A DNA stretch of 64,000 nt. It comes from Macrostomum lignano. Its lineage: Eukaryota. Location: assembly GCA_002269645.1 (NCBI GenBank), contig NIVC01003894.1, positions 1 through 64,000 of the forward strand, given 5' to 3'. Below, one piece after another: positions 63,401 through 64,000 of the stretch; position 1 is the stretch's first letter, and each line of letters starts with the position of its first letter. Under the pieces are notes generated by a model that had not been told where the DNA came from, did not search any database, and saw nothing but the letters and a program-made list of their open reading frames with translations. The position numbers were made by a program, and so were the translations under genes.

Positions 63401-64000
63401 TGCAAATTGAAGAGAAACTCGCAGATGCTGAAAATCGAGCTTTTAACTTTCAACAACAGCTAGAGACTCGCTCATTGTCTAATCCATCCGGTTTAGATCC
63501 TAACTGGGGAGATTCTCTATCCTGCAAGCCCTTTGATGACGAGACTGAAGCAAGTCCCACATATTTGAAAAATGCGTTGATTGAAGTTGCCGCTGAACGC
63601 GACGTTCTCGCACAAGATCTTGCAGAAATTCGTAGAGAGGCAAATGAACTGGAGTCTAAAAATGTTCTGTTGTCTGAGCAGATAAGACAACAAGACGAGT
63701 TGATTTTAAGTTTAAATTCGGAAGTAGATAACAGAGATGTCGAATTGAAGAGCAACGCTCTGAGTTAGAAAGTAATAATGCTCGGATTGAGTCTCTTTTG
63801 TCTGAGACAAAAGATTTAAAGGCAATTGTTGCCAGACTAGAGACGGATTCATCCTTTTTCCGTGAATCTTTTTCAGAGGAGCTTAAAAATCTGACGAATG
63901 CTTATTATACTGGTTCAGATACCACTGTCATTACGGCAAATGCTTCTTCGCAAACGGATAATCAAGAATCTAACGAAGGCACTACTTTGTATAGTCAATG
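54459..64000 (+). CDS. Giant exon of a >3,100-aa coiled-coil/S-T-D-A-rich repeat protein (three 1-nt frameshifts; runs off window)
   Basis: Acceptor cttcAG at 54458. Frames 54459-~57995, ~57996-59555, 59557-~63748 (open although the ORF track starts it at 62152) and ~63749-64000 (EQRSELESNNARIESLL... open to window end). Confidence 0.8.
59160..62150 (+). repeat. Coding 66-bp (22-aa = 2 x 11-aa) repeat, ~45 copies
   Basis: DASTSAKLEFA-DASSGLSEERV consensus with DASSSATKESI variants. Confidence 0.95.

Overview
Eukaryotic (invertebrate metazoan) genomic DNA: spliceosomal introns, GC-rich exons in AT-rich spacers, many minisatellites and a (TAACCC)n tract. A flatworm-like host is inferred, not shown. 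1-13.1 kb is a large Ty3/Gypsy-type LTR retroelement whose 5' LTR lies outside the window. It has an unusual Gag-Env-Pol order: a herpes-gB-like glycoprotein (signal peptide, furin-flanked mucin-like spacer, TM helix) sits in frame between the Gag zinc knuckles and the protease. Extra ORFs follow the integrase. Next come a shugoshin-like gene and the 26S proteasome ATPase Rpt1/PSMC2 (both minus strand, with splice-site-containing tandem arrays), and several MITEs. Two copies of a ~290-bp MITE with 8-bp TSDs carry a 64-nt piece of 28S rRNA spanning the R2/I-PpoI target site. The rest holds unknown genes, a solitary labial/Hox1 gene, and the start of a giant (>3,100 aa) coiled-coil/repeat protein. 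All frameshifts in the long ORFs run in the same (-1) direction, which suggests consensus-sequence deletion errors rather than decay.
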